Source: Octopus vulgaris
Taxonomy: Eukaryota
Assembly: GCA_951406725.2 (NCBI GenBank)
Contig: OX597828.1
Location: 51,894,001-51,958,000 of the forward strand
Direction: 5' to 3'
DNA: 64,000 nt
Shown: one piece after another, positions 13,576-26,924 of the stretch
Numbering within the stretch: position 1 is the stretch's first letter
Layout of the letters: each line of letters opens with the position of its first letter
Notes under the pieces: model-generated
What the model saw: only the letters and a program-made list of their open reading frames with translations
Told to the model about the DNA's origin: nothing
Database searches by the model: none
Made by a program: the position numbers and the translations under genes

Positions 13576-13760
13576 GTAGACGCAGGAGTGGCTGAGTAGT
13601 AAATAGCTTGCTTACCAACCACATGGTTCCGGGTTCAGTCCCACTGCGTGGCACCTTGTGCAAATGCCTTCTCCTATAGCCTCGGGCCGACCAAAGCCTT
13701 CTGAGTAGATTTGTTAGACGGAAACTGAAAAACCCCGTCGTATATGTGTATATATATATG

Positions 13761-13795
<35 letters not shown>

Positions 13796-13999
13796 TTGTG
13801 TGTCAGTGTTTCTTCCCCCAACATTGCTTGACAACCGATGTTGGTGTGTTTATGTCCCCGTACCTTAGCGGTTCCGCAAAAGAGACTGATAGAATAAGTA
13901 CTGGGCTTACAAAGAATAAGTCCCGGGGTTCGATTTGCTCGACTAAAGGCGGTGCTCCAGCATGGCCGCAGTCAAATGAATGAAACAAGTAAAAGAGTA
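13576..13999 (+). mobile_element. Full-length SINE family A
   Basis: Head gcaggagtggctgagtagtaaatagc...gggttcagtccc, internal (TA)n(TG)n, tail aaacaagtaaaagagta. Confidence 0.88.
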
Positions 14000-14296
14000 C
14001 TGGTTATAAAATTTCGAGGAGAGACAGAGTAGCATCGTTTACTAAACGGTAAAACGAGTAACCATTTCAAAGTGGCAGATGAATGGTTCTACTTGTTTAA
14101 TACCGGGCGTATTCTCCACTAACTGGTTTTCGGTGCAAGCTCTGCACACTTTATATTTAACAAATCGCAGCAGAGAGAGAGAGAGAGAGAGACTCTTCTA
14201 CTCTCCAGCAGCTAAATAGCTCGAAACTGGCCGGTCCCGCGATCCTGTCAGCTACTGAAAGTAGCAGGGGTTCGCTCTCCCTGCTAGAGATATATT

Positions 14297-14720
14297 CTTT
14301 TCTTTTCTACTCTAGGCACAAGGCCCGAAATTTTGGGGGAGGAGCCAGTCGTTTAGTTCGACCCCAGTACGCAATTGGTGCTTAATTTATCGACCCCGAA
14401 AGGATGAAAGGCAAAGTTAACCTTGGAACTCGGAACGTAAAGACAGACGAAATAACTCTAAGCATTTTTCCCGGCGTGCTAACGTTTCTTATTTTTTATT
14501 GCCCACAATGAGCTAAACGTAGAGGGGACAAACAAGGACAGACAAATGATTTGGTCGATTATATCGACCCCAGTGCGTAACTGGTACTTAATTTATCGAC
14601 CCCGAAAGGATGAAAGGCAAAGTCGACCTCAGCGGAATATGAACTCAGAACGTAAAGACAGGCGAAATACTGCTAAGCATTTCTCCCGGCGTGCTAACGT
14701 TTCTGCCAGCTCGCTGCCTC
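14297..14720 (-). mobile_element. SINE family B dimer
   Basis: Two tandem units with junction near 14490; same motifs as 8848-9458. Confidence 0.85.
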
Positions 14721-15353
14721 CCTGTTACAGATATATTGTATATAAAGGGTGCAGAGCTTGCACCAAAAACCAGCTGGCGGATATTCCGCCTGGGTTAAAC
14801 TAGCAGTAACATCCATCTGCCAATTTGACGTGTCTTATCGCTTTACTGTTTATAAATATAAGCAGCTAAAATTAGATACTCTTCGTACTTTACCCATTTT
14901 ACCGGGTTTGGCCATTTATACTACGTGTTCATTGTAGCTAGTTTTTCTTTCAAATTTTACTGAAATATTTCTCCAGTCCTTTGAATTCGCATATTTCTGT
15001 TGCTTTATATTTTCACTCGTTTTTATGTTGCTTTGCTTTTGAATTTCCTTTAGTTTCCTTCTGTTAAGAGTTATGATAACATTCTTGGCTCATATGAACA
15101 GATACTGCTTTTCTAGGGGACGTGTGTTCTTGTATGTGTGTGCGTGTGCGTGTGTGTGCGTGTGCGTGTGTGTGTGTGTGTGTGTATTTTCAGACTTGTG
15201 TATTTTACTAACTAGTTACGTGTTTCATTTCGCAAAGCCATTGTAATGTAGGGTACGTTGAAATATATGAACTGAAGAGTGAAATATGAATTATTTACTT
15301 CGTTTTCGTATCTGATCTGTAAGGTTATTTATGCGAATTCGTGAGTTGAAGCG

Positions 15354-15494
15354 AATTATGTTGTGTCTGGGGAGCGTTATATTGTCTTAATGCTTTATTA
15401 TCTAACGTGCTCACCGCTTCAACATCCATTGACGAGGGGAATGAGTTAGATAATAAGGCATTAAATCATGTCTTTTCCCAGACACAACATAACT
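15354..15494. mobile_element. Small MITE-like inverted repeat
   Basis: ttatgttgtgtctgggga...ttaatgctttattatctaac pairs with gttagataataaggcattaa...tcccagacacaacataa. A related arm (ctccccagacacaaca) occurs at about 6960-7015. Confidence 0.6.
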
Positions 15495-15831
15495 TTTTAC
15501 ACACTCACATATTTATATATAGGTGTACAAACGCACATGTATAGTGTGTGTGGAGTTTACATCAATGATATTTGTTCATAGGTAGTTTGTTTATTTCATA
15601 TGTAGTACTCAATATATAACACACGTGTAGATTTGGTTTTACGATAGTCTTCGGGCACTGACAGTCAAGCGAAGATCTAGATGATAATGGTGAAGACGAT
15701 TTTATACGTACATACATAATTCATACATGCATATATACATACGTACGAACGTTCGTACATACATACATACATACATACATACATACATACGTACGTGTGT
15801 GTGTGTGTGAATATGTATAAAGGTTCAAATG

Positions 15832-16070
15832 GCGTTCCTGGGCCATGGGACCATAAGGACGATTACCCGGATTCTGTAGTGTATTTATTCCCTGGTCGGG
15901 ATGCCGGTCTATAGCAGGATTTTTCATTTTGTCATTTTGCCAGCTGAGTGTACCGCACCAACTTGAGATAAAGTCTTTTGCTCAGATATTCAACGGATTA
16001 CCCGGTCTAGGAATTGAAATCAGAACCTTACGATCATGAGTGTGATACTCTAACCACCAAACCACGCTCT
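15832..16070 (-). mobile_element. Degraded SINE family D, tail type 3
   Basis: tttgccagctgagtg..., cttacgatcatgag...ctctaaccac; similar to 29871-30118. Confidence 0.65.
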
Positions 16071-17039
16071 TACACACACACACACTCATGATATATATGT
16101 AGGGTACACAGATAGATACCTAGGTTTAAAAATCTTGGATTCCCTGTAATAAAGATCACGGCTTCTGAAATTGGTCTTTAAAGACATCTGCAGTGAATAT
16201 AATGCTGAGATGAGCGAATGAAATCTTTGTAGAACACGAGGAGTAAATATAGTTTGCATTTATGATTCCCTGTTTTACAAGTAAACAAAATCGCTGCATT
16301 ATGTAGACTGGTCGTCACACACCTATCAGTATGCCTTATCTTGTATGTGGCGTACAAAATATACGGTTTTTTTTTAAATGAACAAAGCAGAGAAACAAAT
16401 TCTGACCGAAAATTCCTGGTCTTTTCGATGTCATCGCATTGCAACAAAGAACATTCTGAAATATCTCTTTTAATCCATTTTTATAATGGATGGTAGATGC
16501 TTGTTGCAAAAACTGAAGATTATTCAATAGTTGTTTCTAATTAAAGTACATTTTGAAGAAAATGTTGAAGCCATTTTGAAGGAAAGGGATTAGTCGATTT
16601 CATCGGTCTCAGTTCTTGACGAGTACTTTGTTTTAATGACCCAGAAAATATGGAAGGTAAGTTGACTTCGGCGGAATTTGAACCCAGATCATAAAACGAT
16701 AAATAAGCCTGTAAGAACATAAATAAAAATTACAGAATTGAAATGGAAATAAAAATAATAAAAAGATAAAATTTTAAAAAATGAAGCCTAAAATTTTAAT
16801 TTCTTCCTATCCATAGCAACAGATTTTTAATGAATAAAATTAAAATTAAATTATCTTTATCGAACAATCCGGCTCTGACCGACAAAAATCCGGATCTTCG
16901 CATGTGAAGTGAATTCAGTGTTGTTTTATGATCGATGGTGTTGCTGTTATCACCTGATTCGATGTTCTATTTATTGTGGTTTTTTTAAAATCAATCTTGA
17001 CATTGAAAATATTTAGAAAAATCCCCTCTCGGCATTGCA

Positions 17040-17860
17040 TTCAGTGAGACTAAGAAAACATATCGGCAATATTCCTAAGAATATCTGAAATTTGGATTCA
17101 CAGCTGCCGCTTATAACGAATTTATGCTTCTGCTTTTGTTCTGTAAAAAACAGTCATTTTGTTATTATTCAATAAAACAACCCTAAAATGCAATATCTTT
17201 TAAAGGAGATGCATTCGTTGTGATAAAACACATAAAACGATGTTCAATATTTTAATGCATTGAAAGACAAATTGTGAATGTTCCGTTCAATGAACGTGGG
17301 GTGTTAGCATCTTATAAAATTTCCTTACTTATTGCTAAACAAAGCAAAAAGGTAAAAAAGGGAAAACCCCTATATCTTTGGAGAAGAGATTAGCGTGTTC
17401 TCTGTAAGAAAAATAACGGAAAATATTTGACAAAAAAGCGTAGTTCCGGTATTAAAGCATATTTCATTAAGTAATGGCAAAGTACAACAGTAACGATAAA
17501 CCGGTAGCAAAGGATTGAAAAATATTTATTATAGAATTACAAAATGAAAAAAATTAGATTTTCATGTGCATGAGTCGACATCTGGCAGTGAGAACATTGT
17601 TATAGTCTAAGAGTACGATACTAAAGTCTTGTAAGAATTATGCTATTGACCAATTTCTGTTTTGTTAACTAAAATAAACAAAAAGCAAAATTCAATGATG
17701 AATTACATGACTATTTAAAGATGTGCATTAGAATAATTAATACAATTACACTAAAAGCCCACAAGTTTTTGGCATTTTTATGAATTTGTGTAGAGAAAGT
17801 GATGACAATTTTACTGATCTGATCCTTCATACTGAAATGATTATCGACAGAAAGTTACAT
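17040..17860 (+). mobile_element. Degraded hAT (Buster/ZBED5-like) transposase remnant
   Basis: Interrupted frames KKTYRQYS*EYLKFGF, ERGVLASYKISLLIAK..KP..GEE, LSN...HES(T) and NLCRESDDNFTDLILHTE resemble the conserved RQY..EYLKFGF, ASY.ISL.IAK.GKPHTIGE, LDEST and LLLHTEVRWLS motifs. Confidence 0.8.
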
Positions 17861-18047
17861 AATCTGGTACATTAAGTCAAACGTACCCAATGAAATCACA
17901 TAAGTAGTAAAATAAATAACTATATATTTTTTTTATTATACTTTGACTTAAATGTAAGAAAGCTTAAGCTATTTATTGATTCAATTCTGTCAATAGTGAA
18001 ATGAAGAATTTATATCATGTATCCTGTTTATATTAGTCGGACTCGTG

Positions 18048-19013
18048 TCTTCATCTTGATTGTTGCTTTTCGCTACGTTTTTGCTGTTGCTCACTCCAGC
18101 CTTCTTTAGGTGTCTTGTGTTAAACTCGGTTGCTATCCGAATTTTGAACCTCACCATTTATTTGATCCACGGGGTTACATTGTTTGGATCTTTTCGGTTT
18201 GAACGGCAGTTTTTTCTAGCGGTGTCATATGAAATTGTCACCCATAATTATAACCCTAGTATCGATCTATTGCATTTCAATCTGTTTTAGGGTTAGGGTT
18301 AGGGGTGGGGGGAGGGTATCTTTTTTCTTCACAAATGTAAATAAACCCAATCTTTTTCTTAAACGAGGGACATATGCATACGGCACAGAATGTGTTTTTT
18401 TTACCTCAATGGACGTCAGTGATTGGTTGAAATGGCAGAAATTGAAGAAAAAAAACAAATATCTTACAAACTATAGAATTTTCTCAATAAAGCCAAGAGA
18501 AAAAGATGTTTTATAAACACATTCTATCAGTATACGAAGTTTAAAATTTTTTAGTTACCTAGAAATTATGTTAAAAACTGCCGGTCAAACCGAAAAGATC
18601 CCATTGCTTTCATCTCTCTCTCTGCGTTTCGTGCATTTTTTTCTTCAGATAAATTTTTGTGAATTACGTTAGTGCCTTGCCTGAGATTGAAATCAGAACT
18701 TCCAGGCGGCTATACTGCATTAAACAACGTCGTCATTTACGGGCATAACATAACAGGGAACTACGTTGGTTAACGCAATGTAGTCTCCTCGAAGTTCTGA
18801 GTTCAATCTCAGGCAAGGCACTAAGGTAATTCACGCAAAATCAACTTAAGCAAAAATGTCACAAAACGCAGAGAGTGGAATTAGATCTTTACATCTGTAA
18901 ATCAATTAAAACGTTCAGGTTCGAAATTCTGATACAACAAGTTTAACACATGACACATGAAACATAAAACGTACAACTTCCGAAACGTAATGAAATCAAC
19001 AATCAAGATGAGA
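18048..19013. mobile_element. Long fold-back (palindromic) element interrupted by a MITE
   Basis: Inner arms: gtgaattacgttagtgccttgcctgagattgaa..cagaacttc (about 18659-18702) and gaagttctgagttcaatctcaggcaaggcactaaggtaattcac (about 18791-18833). Outer arms: catcttgattgttg/caacaatcaagatg and gtgtcttgtgttaaact/agtttaacacatgacac. Confidence 0.7.
18186..18601 (+). mobile_element. Merlin-like MITE with internal (TTAGGG)n
   Basis: TIRs ggatcttttcggtttgaacggcagttttt and aaaaactgccggtcaaaccgaaaagatcc. 8-bp TSD cattgttt/cattgctt. Second copy at 62078-62521. Confidence 0.8.
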
Positions 19014-19116
19014 ACATAATATAATATAATTTAAACAATATACATATGTATAAATAATAAACATATCTATTGATTGTTACAACATATTTAGTGATGGAAT
19101 ATCTATTATTAATAAT

Positions 19117-19426
19117 GTGGAGGCGCAATGGCCCAGTGGTTAGGGCAGCGGACTCGCGGTCGTAGGATCGCGGTTTCGATTCCCAGACCGGGCATAGTGA
19201 GTGTTTATTGAGTGATAACACCTAAAGCTCCACGAGGCTCCGGCAGGGGGTGTTGGCGATCCCTGCTGTACTCTTTCGCCACAACTTTCTCTCTTTCTTC
19301 TGTTGGCCTGCTCGCTTAGCCAGCGGGGCGGAGTCACTTGAAGGCTAAAACAATGCGAAGTGCATTGTGACCAGCGATGTGTAGCAACATCTGATTGCCT
19401 GGTCGGTCACGGTGATCACGGTGATA
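19117..19426 (+). mobile_element. SINE family C, tail type 2
   Basis: Same head as 5231 but tail gaaggctaaaacaatgcgaag...ggtcggtcacggtgatcacggtgat, as at 27981-28200 and 42254-42545. Confidence 0.85.
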
Positions 19427-19883
19427 TCTATTAATAATACGTTAAGGTAATATGTAGATATTAAGATACGATTAGCTTTTAAAGTTACGCAACACACAGT
19501 CCAACTTGTATGCTGATAACTTAGAGTTGAATGTCAGCGTTTTATATGTTTTAGAGGGCAGCGGTTCTGATGAGGAAACATATATCAAATGTACAAAACG
19601 TACGGTTATGAATGGAGGAATGCAAGAGCTTCTGATTGAGTTAGGTGGAGGTGAGCGACGGCACATTATAAAGGGCAGCAGAAAGCATTTTAATATGAAT
19701 AGAGAGTTTACTTGAACGGGTATCAAGGGCAAGCCACTTATTAACAAAGGTATACCACTTGTTAGAACGGCTCGCAGAAAACACCACAGCATGTGTAATA
19801 TATTCAGGTGCTTAAGTCACACATTTGTATGTATGCATGAGTGTATGTATGTATATGTGCATGTATGTACGAACGTAGGTATT

Positions 19884-20252
19884 TACTCTTTACTCTTTTA
19901 CTTGTTTCAGTCATTTGACAGCGGCCATGCTGGAGCACCGCCTTTAGTCGAGCAAATCGACCCCGGGACTTATTCTTTGTAAGCCCAGTACTTATTCTAT
20001 CGGTGTCTTTTGCCGAACCGCTAGGTGACGGGGACCTAAACACACCAGCATCGGTTGTCAAGCAATGCTAGGGGGACAAACACAGACACACAAACATATA
20101 CACACACATATATATATATACATATATACGACAGGCTTCTTTCTGTTTCCGTCTACCAAATCCACTTACAAGGCATTGGTCGACCCGGGGCTATAGCAGA
20201 AGACACTTGCCCAAGATGCCACGCAGTGGGACTGAACCACACAGCCACTCCT
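19884..20252 (-). mobile_element. SINE family A (deletion in head)
   Basis: Reverse-complement match to 53061-53474. Confidence 0.85.
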
Positions 20253-20982
20253 GTATTTGTGTACGAACATACGTATGTACGTACGTACGTATGTATGTAA
20301 TGTGACGGCTATGTGTATCTATGTAATATCCAATCAACCAGATATCCGTCGTGAAGGCGAATATTTTAGTGATACACTAAGGAGAAAAATTGAAGCACTG
20401 ATCACATTTAGGTTTTAAAGAGAATCAACAACAGTAATTTTCTTATTATGGAGACGAATATAATTAAAATTTATGTGATTGACAAAAAAAAAAAAAAAAT
20501 TTCTTAACATTTCAATCACATTTTTGAGTTTTAGATTTTTGTGCTGATCGTGTAAGTACAAGATGTACAGGTAGAAGTGTATCTATAAAGTAGGCGTTAA
20601 TTACAAATGCTTCGTTGAAGGTGGTGTCAATGACTCAATGAAAACTATTATTTCGGTAAATGATGTGTAGATTTCGTAATGACAATAACAAGAATACGCA
20701 CAGAATGTGGGTTTAGTTTAATTATAGAGAAAAGTTATTTACACAAATATGATGATTAAAGCGTGGGTGTATATGAATTGTGTAATATCAATAGACTCCA
20801 TTCTAAACGGTTAAAGATATTACTGAGGTTATAAACGCAAATAACGGTTTTGCCTCAAAACGATTTACGAAAGCATTTCTTCCTTCATGATGAAAACTAT
20901 AGCCATCTCTCTCGCCCCTCCTTCTCTCTGCGTACATAGTTATACATGTATATATATATATATATGTGTGTGTGTGTATATG

Positions 20983-21041
<59 letters not shown>

Positions 21042-21171
21042 TATGTATGTATGTATGTATGTATGTATGTATGTATATAATATATATATATATATTTCTG
21101 GCCGCCTCTTTATTCATTTTATTATTTCTATTTATCCATATATACATACACGTGTGTGTGTGTGTTTATGT

Positions 21172-21215
<44 letters not shown>

Positions 21216-21438
21216 TCAATATAGGGTGGCAAAAAAAATTTTGTAGAATTCTTTTGCCACCAGCGGCCTAGTAGGAAAAAATTAAAATAGTCATAGACCA
21301 TTTTTAAGTTCAACATCAACAATAAAGGAACGGCCATAATAGGCCATTCACCCACTAGAAATAACAGCCAAAGCTTCAACCGCAAATAAAAGTTAATTCA
21401 GTAAACCAGGAGAAAATTTAAAAAACATTTACCCTGTA

Positions 21439-21545
21439 ATTTCTTATACGATATACCGTTTCATCTGCTGATTAATGGTAAACTAACCTGATTAAATTAA
21501 ATCAAGCCAATCTTCCACAGGCCCTCAGATTCTTCAGTAAGAAAT
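21439..21545 (-). ncRNA. Type I hammerhead ribozyme (copy 1)
   Basis: Exact reverse complement of 22142-22248. Confidence 0.82.
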
Positions 21546-22141
21546 AGCCCAAGACGGAACAGATATTTTCACGAGGCATTTCCGACGTTGCCAAGTTTAT
21601 ATCTGACCTAAAATTTTCAAATCGTCGCACTCGCGCCAAATTTATCGGCAGCAAATAAATATAAGCCGTCGATTCCATTACGGAATTAACCAGAAAATTC
21701 ATAATTAATCAATATAGGGTGGCAAAAAAATTTTGTAGAATTCTTTTGCCACCAGCGGCCTAGTAGGAAAAAATTAAAATAGTCATAGACCATTTTTAAG
21801 TTCAACATCAACAATAAAGGAACGGCCATAACAGGCCATTCACCCACTAGAAATAACAGCCAAAGCTTCAATTGTTGATGTTGAACTTAAAAATGGTCTA
21901 TGACTATTTTAATTTTTTCCTACTAGGCCGCTGGTGGCAAAAGAATTCTACAAAATTTTTTTTGCCACCCTATATTGATTAATTATGAATTTTCTGGTTA
22001 ATTCCGTAATGGAATCGACGGCTTATATTTATTTGCTGCCGATAAATTTGGCGCGAGTGCGACGATTTGAAAATTTTAGGTCAGATATAAACTTGGCAAC
22101 GTCGGAAATGCCTCGTGAAAATATCTGTTCCGTCTTGGGCT

Positions 22142-22248
22142 ATTTCTTACTGAAGAATCTGAGGGCCTGTGGAAGATTGGCTTGATTTAATTTAATCAGG
22201 TTAGTTTACCATTAATCAGCAGATGAAACGGTATATCGTATAAGAAAT
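22142..22248 (+). ncRNA. Type I hammerhead ribozyme (copy 2), extended stem II
   Basis: Stem I atttctta (22142-49) / taagaaat (22241-48); CUGAAGA 22150-56; stem II atctg/cagat enclosing a G-U-rich hairpin; GAAA 22225-28; near-palindromic stem III acggtatatcgt; GUA triplet, cleavage predicted after 22240. Confidence 0.85.
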
Positions 22249-22368
22249 TACAGGGTAAATGTTTTTTAAATTTTCTCCTGGTTTACTGAATTAACTTTTA
22301 TTTGCGGTTGAAGCTTTGGCTGTTATTTCTAGTGGGTGAATGGCCTATTATGGCCGTTCCTTTATTGT

Positions 22369-22485
<117 letters not shown>

Positions 22486-22829
22486 GATAGAGATAGAGAT
22501 AGAGATATATATATGTATATGTATATGTATATCTAACTATATATCTATCTATCTATCTATCTCTCTCTATATATATGTGTATGTATACACACCCACACAC
22601 GTGTATCAATATATGGATAAATAGAAATAATAAAATAAATAAAGAGGCGGTCAGAAGGCGAGAGAGGAGCGAATATTACTTGAGTTATAATAGCTAAGTA
22701 AACGATGTAGTTTAAGAGAATGGGATTAAGAAAATCGCAACGACCAAAGTATTAATACCGACATTAAAACTACATTTATTTGCATTTATCATTCCAATGC
22801 GTCTGCATGCTATTTTGGTTAGAATAGAT

Positions 22830-25620
22830 TTTATACTGAGGCTTCGTTACCAGAAGTCTCCTTAAATCTCAACTGTCTTTCTTGCAGAATGCAGTATCTT
22901 ACTTTTCTGCAGATCGAAGATGAGTGTCTTAATTCCAACGTCATTCGCCTCTTTTGTAGAAGCTTCGTTGTGGAACCTATTATATCGATTACCACGAGAA
23001 TAATTATCGTCTTTGTCTTTTGTATTCTTTTCGTCATTCTGGCTTCTTTTCACTTTAGTCAGTTTCTTTAGTATCCACTCTAGTATCATAGGGTATCGCA
23101 AAGTCTATAATCGTAATATGTTCGTAATTCTTGTCCACTATAATCAAATCATGTCTTCTTGCTTCAGTAGTGTGGTCAACCATTAGGAGTAGAGGCGGAG
23201 AAACTCCACAATTACTACAATGATTGTCCCCCATGACATTCTTTGGCTCGTATTCATTCTACTTTTCAACAAATTTTATTCCATACACATCCTAAACAGG
23301 TTTTTCACTTACGCTTATGCCCGTACTTATTATCTTCATGCTAGAATACTGCTTTCACTTAAGAGCTGGTTAATACTTTAATACAACCCTGACTTCTATA
23401 AATCTTTGCTTTTATCAAATTCCTTCTCGTTCTAATGGCTTGCTCCTGATTATCGTTTCAACTTTTCTCTTTAGTTGTCTGCCGCCACAACTAAAGTTTT
23501 GCTCTTCCAAAATCCTCGGCTTGTGACATGAATTGGCCATGTTAATTCTTTCTTTTTTAGCTTCCTGTTCTGACACTCTTCCTTCTGTTCTCAATTTCTT
23601 CAACATTTTAAGTAACTTCTTTGGTTTGAAAAGACGCCGATCATATTTTTTTTATCATTACGCCCGACATAGTTTTTTTCAAACTCGAGCTTGCAATGTA
23701 ATGGTGTCTTTTACGCTTGGCAATCTTGTGCCTCCTTCCTTTCTTGATAGGTAGGGACCCTGTCATTATCACTTTTAGGGTGATGCACGTTTTAGATTAC
23801 CAGTAGCTTTCACGCTCTATGTCCTATACTTTTACCGTGTCCATTCAAAGGAAAGAGCAGAGTATCTTAAAACTTGTATGGACCATGTATTCACTCCTTG
23901 ATAACATTGCTTACTTTGGATTTTACTCTGAGCACCTACATTCTTCTTCTCTTGAAATTTGAAGATTTTCTCTCTCATTTTCCTTTCTACTATTTCTTTC
24001 TTGTAGTAAATTTAGTTACTTGAATCCCTGATTATTTCTTAGTAATCAAGATGTCTTGTAGTAATTTTATATTTCAAAGTTCAGAATTCAGCCTTGCTTC
24101 ATAATTAACGCTGCATATTCATTTACTCCAAATCTGTGTTCCAATATATTCGTATTCGCTGAATAAGGCAGCAAGCTGGCTGAATCGCTAACACGCTGGG
24201 TAAAACGCTTACCGGCATTTTGTCCGTCTTCACGTTCTGAGTTCAAATTCTGCCGAGGTCTACTTTGCCTTTTAACCTTTTCGGGTTTGATAAAATAAGT
24301 ACCAGTTAAGTGTTGGGGCCGAAAGAATCGACAACCCCCACTTCCCCAAAAGTGCGAAAATTAAAATCAATATATTTGCTGAATACTGTTACTGTTTGAA
24401 TTAGAGAATCCAGGTGTTTACGATTTTTGTATTGAATTTGAGGTCATCCTTAAAAAATAGTTGATTCATTTTCATTCCTCATTTTGATAAATTTATATAC
24501 AGGCTTGAATTTTCTCAGTATACTTGTCAGAGAAATTAACGTAATAGCAAAGAGTAATGAAGAGATCAAGTCTCCCTGAAATATCCCGGAGTGAATTTTC
24601 ATGTTTCTCAACGATTCATTTGCGCATGGACTTCCAAGACGTTGTTTTACTTATTGACTCAGAGCGTCTTCAGGCACGTCAAGATTCAGAAGTTTGGAAC
24701 ATTTCCTTAAGGCTTCTAGTCTCTCCTTCAAACAGCTAAATCTGACTGTCTTACTCGTACTTACTTTTCTACCCTACTATTAATATACTGCAGACCAGCA
24801 GTTACCTTTGACTTCTTTCTACTTCCTTTTTGCTCACTAGCAATAAATTCTCTTTTTCCTGTTAATAACTTCCAGTCTACTAGTAAGCGTGTAATATGTC
24901 TATAATTACTGACTACCACCCTTTCTTTTCTTTGTGCTACTGCTTCTACTCTCTTTTTCTTTTCATCATCCCTGTTGGCTTTCCATTTTCTATACTCAAT
25001 AAAAACATTCAGATATAGCTGTATATACTTGAGAGATTTTTATCAGAATCCTTCAACAACATGTGGTCTGAGGGCTTTCCAATTACGCATTTTCTTAAAC
25101 ATTTCTCACTTTCTTTTCTTTAATAGTTATAGTTTCTAGTTTTTCATCTATTTTCCATTCTACTTTTAAATTACCCCAACCACTCCGCTTACATATTTTG
25201 CTGTAGTCCTTTGCGCCAAATTTCTAACCAAGCATTCCTTACTGCTTCAGCAAATGGCAATCTTTTCTCTGATGTCCATCCACATTGTACAGCTGTTGGT
25301 GAAATTTCCTTTCATAGTTTCTGAACATCTAGTTCTGCTAGTTTTGATTTAAAACATTATGGCATTTATTTCGTTTTTACCTGGTATTACTTTTAACTTT
25401 TGATTATTATTTTTCTTTAAATACTTCTAATTGTTTGTGTGTAATGATGTAGTTTCTTTGGAATCCGTTCCTGTTTTTTTTTTCCTTTACCCTATTCTTT
25501 TATATTATTGTACTATTCTTCCAAGATCTTTATTCAGCTTGGTTCTCAAGACCCTCTGTTCCCTGCATTTTCTTGATCTTTAACCCCCAAAATTTCCAAA
25601 GAAACAAGCACAGCATAGTA
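22830..25620 (-). mobile_element. Old, heavily degraded R4/Dong-type LINE (RT plus REL endonuclease), interrupted by a family B SINE at about 24167-24360
   Basis: Minus frames: KMNQLFFKDDLK (about 24440-24475, RT YxDD-box equivalent), RRHDLIIVDKNYEHITIIDFAIPYDTRVDTKE (PD..D..K REL motif) and DVGIKTLIFDLQKSKILHSAR (C-terminus). Many stops and frameshifts. Confidence 0.75.
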
Positions 25621-25653
25621 TATGAAATCGTTTACTCTATAATAATAATAATG

Positions 25654-25696
<43 letters not shown>

Positions 25697-25769
25697 CAAC
25701 AATAATAATGATAATAATAATAATAATAATAATATTAATAATAATAACAAAAATAATAATAATAATAAC

Positions 25770-25820
<51 letters not shown>

Positions 25821-25821
<1 letters not shown>

Positions 25822-25962
25822 TGAAATCACCATGTCGCGCACATATGGTTGTGATGCATGTGCCTAGTGTAACCTCATCAGACGGGTAGTCATGATTGTT
25901 ATACTGGGCTTCGTATATTTTACCCCAGTGTCAACTTGATGGCGTGCACTGCTCTCTCACTC
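25821..25962 (+). mobile_element. 3' fragment of the (TAA)n-embedded non-coding retroelement
   Basis: Matches the 3' end of 36142-36701 (minus) and 36755-37241. (TAA)n arrays on both sides. Confidence 0.8.
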
Positions 25963-25987
25963 AATAATGATGATGATGATGATGATG

Positions 25988-26055
<68 letters not shown>

Positions 26056-26065
26056 TGTTTGAATA

Positions 26066-26335
26066 CTACATATATAATGTTTTAATAAACAATTTGCGAG
26101 TTACAGAGAGAAAGGTACTATGGAAGGCTCATAGTATAATAACTGCACAGTAACTGTTTATGATATACACCATAATGATATTTAATCTCCGATTTTAAAT
26201 CGATAATTTTTAAATATACACAAATGACCCAAAATGATGAGCTAATGATATTATACTATGAGCCTTCCATAGTAGATTTCCCTCCGTAACTCGCAAAGCC
26301 TATCGGGTTTGTTTATTAAAATATTATTTATGTAG

Positions 26336-26337
<2 letters not shown>
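26066..26337. mobile_element. MITE-like inverted repeat (~270 bp)
   Basis: actacat..ttttaataaaca..tttgcgagttac..tactatggaaggctcatagtataat pairs with attatactatgagccttccatagta..gtaactcgcaaa..tgtttattaaaa..atgtagt. Confidence 0.7.

Positions 26338-26924
<587 letters not shown>

Noticed and set aside
19506-19715. 69-aa non-repetitive ORF MYADNLELNV...
   Set aside because: Short, no recognisable motif, and no clear splice sites.
21502-22185. Identical 66-aa ORF MNFLVNSVMES... on both strands
   Set aside because: A by-product of the inverted duplication; short, overlaps the ribozyme, and has no recognisable domain.
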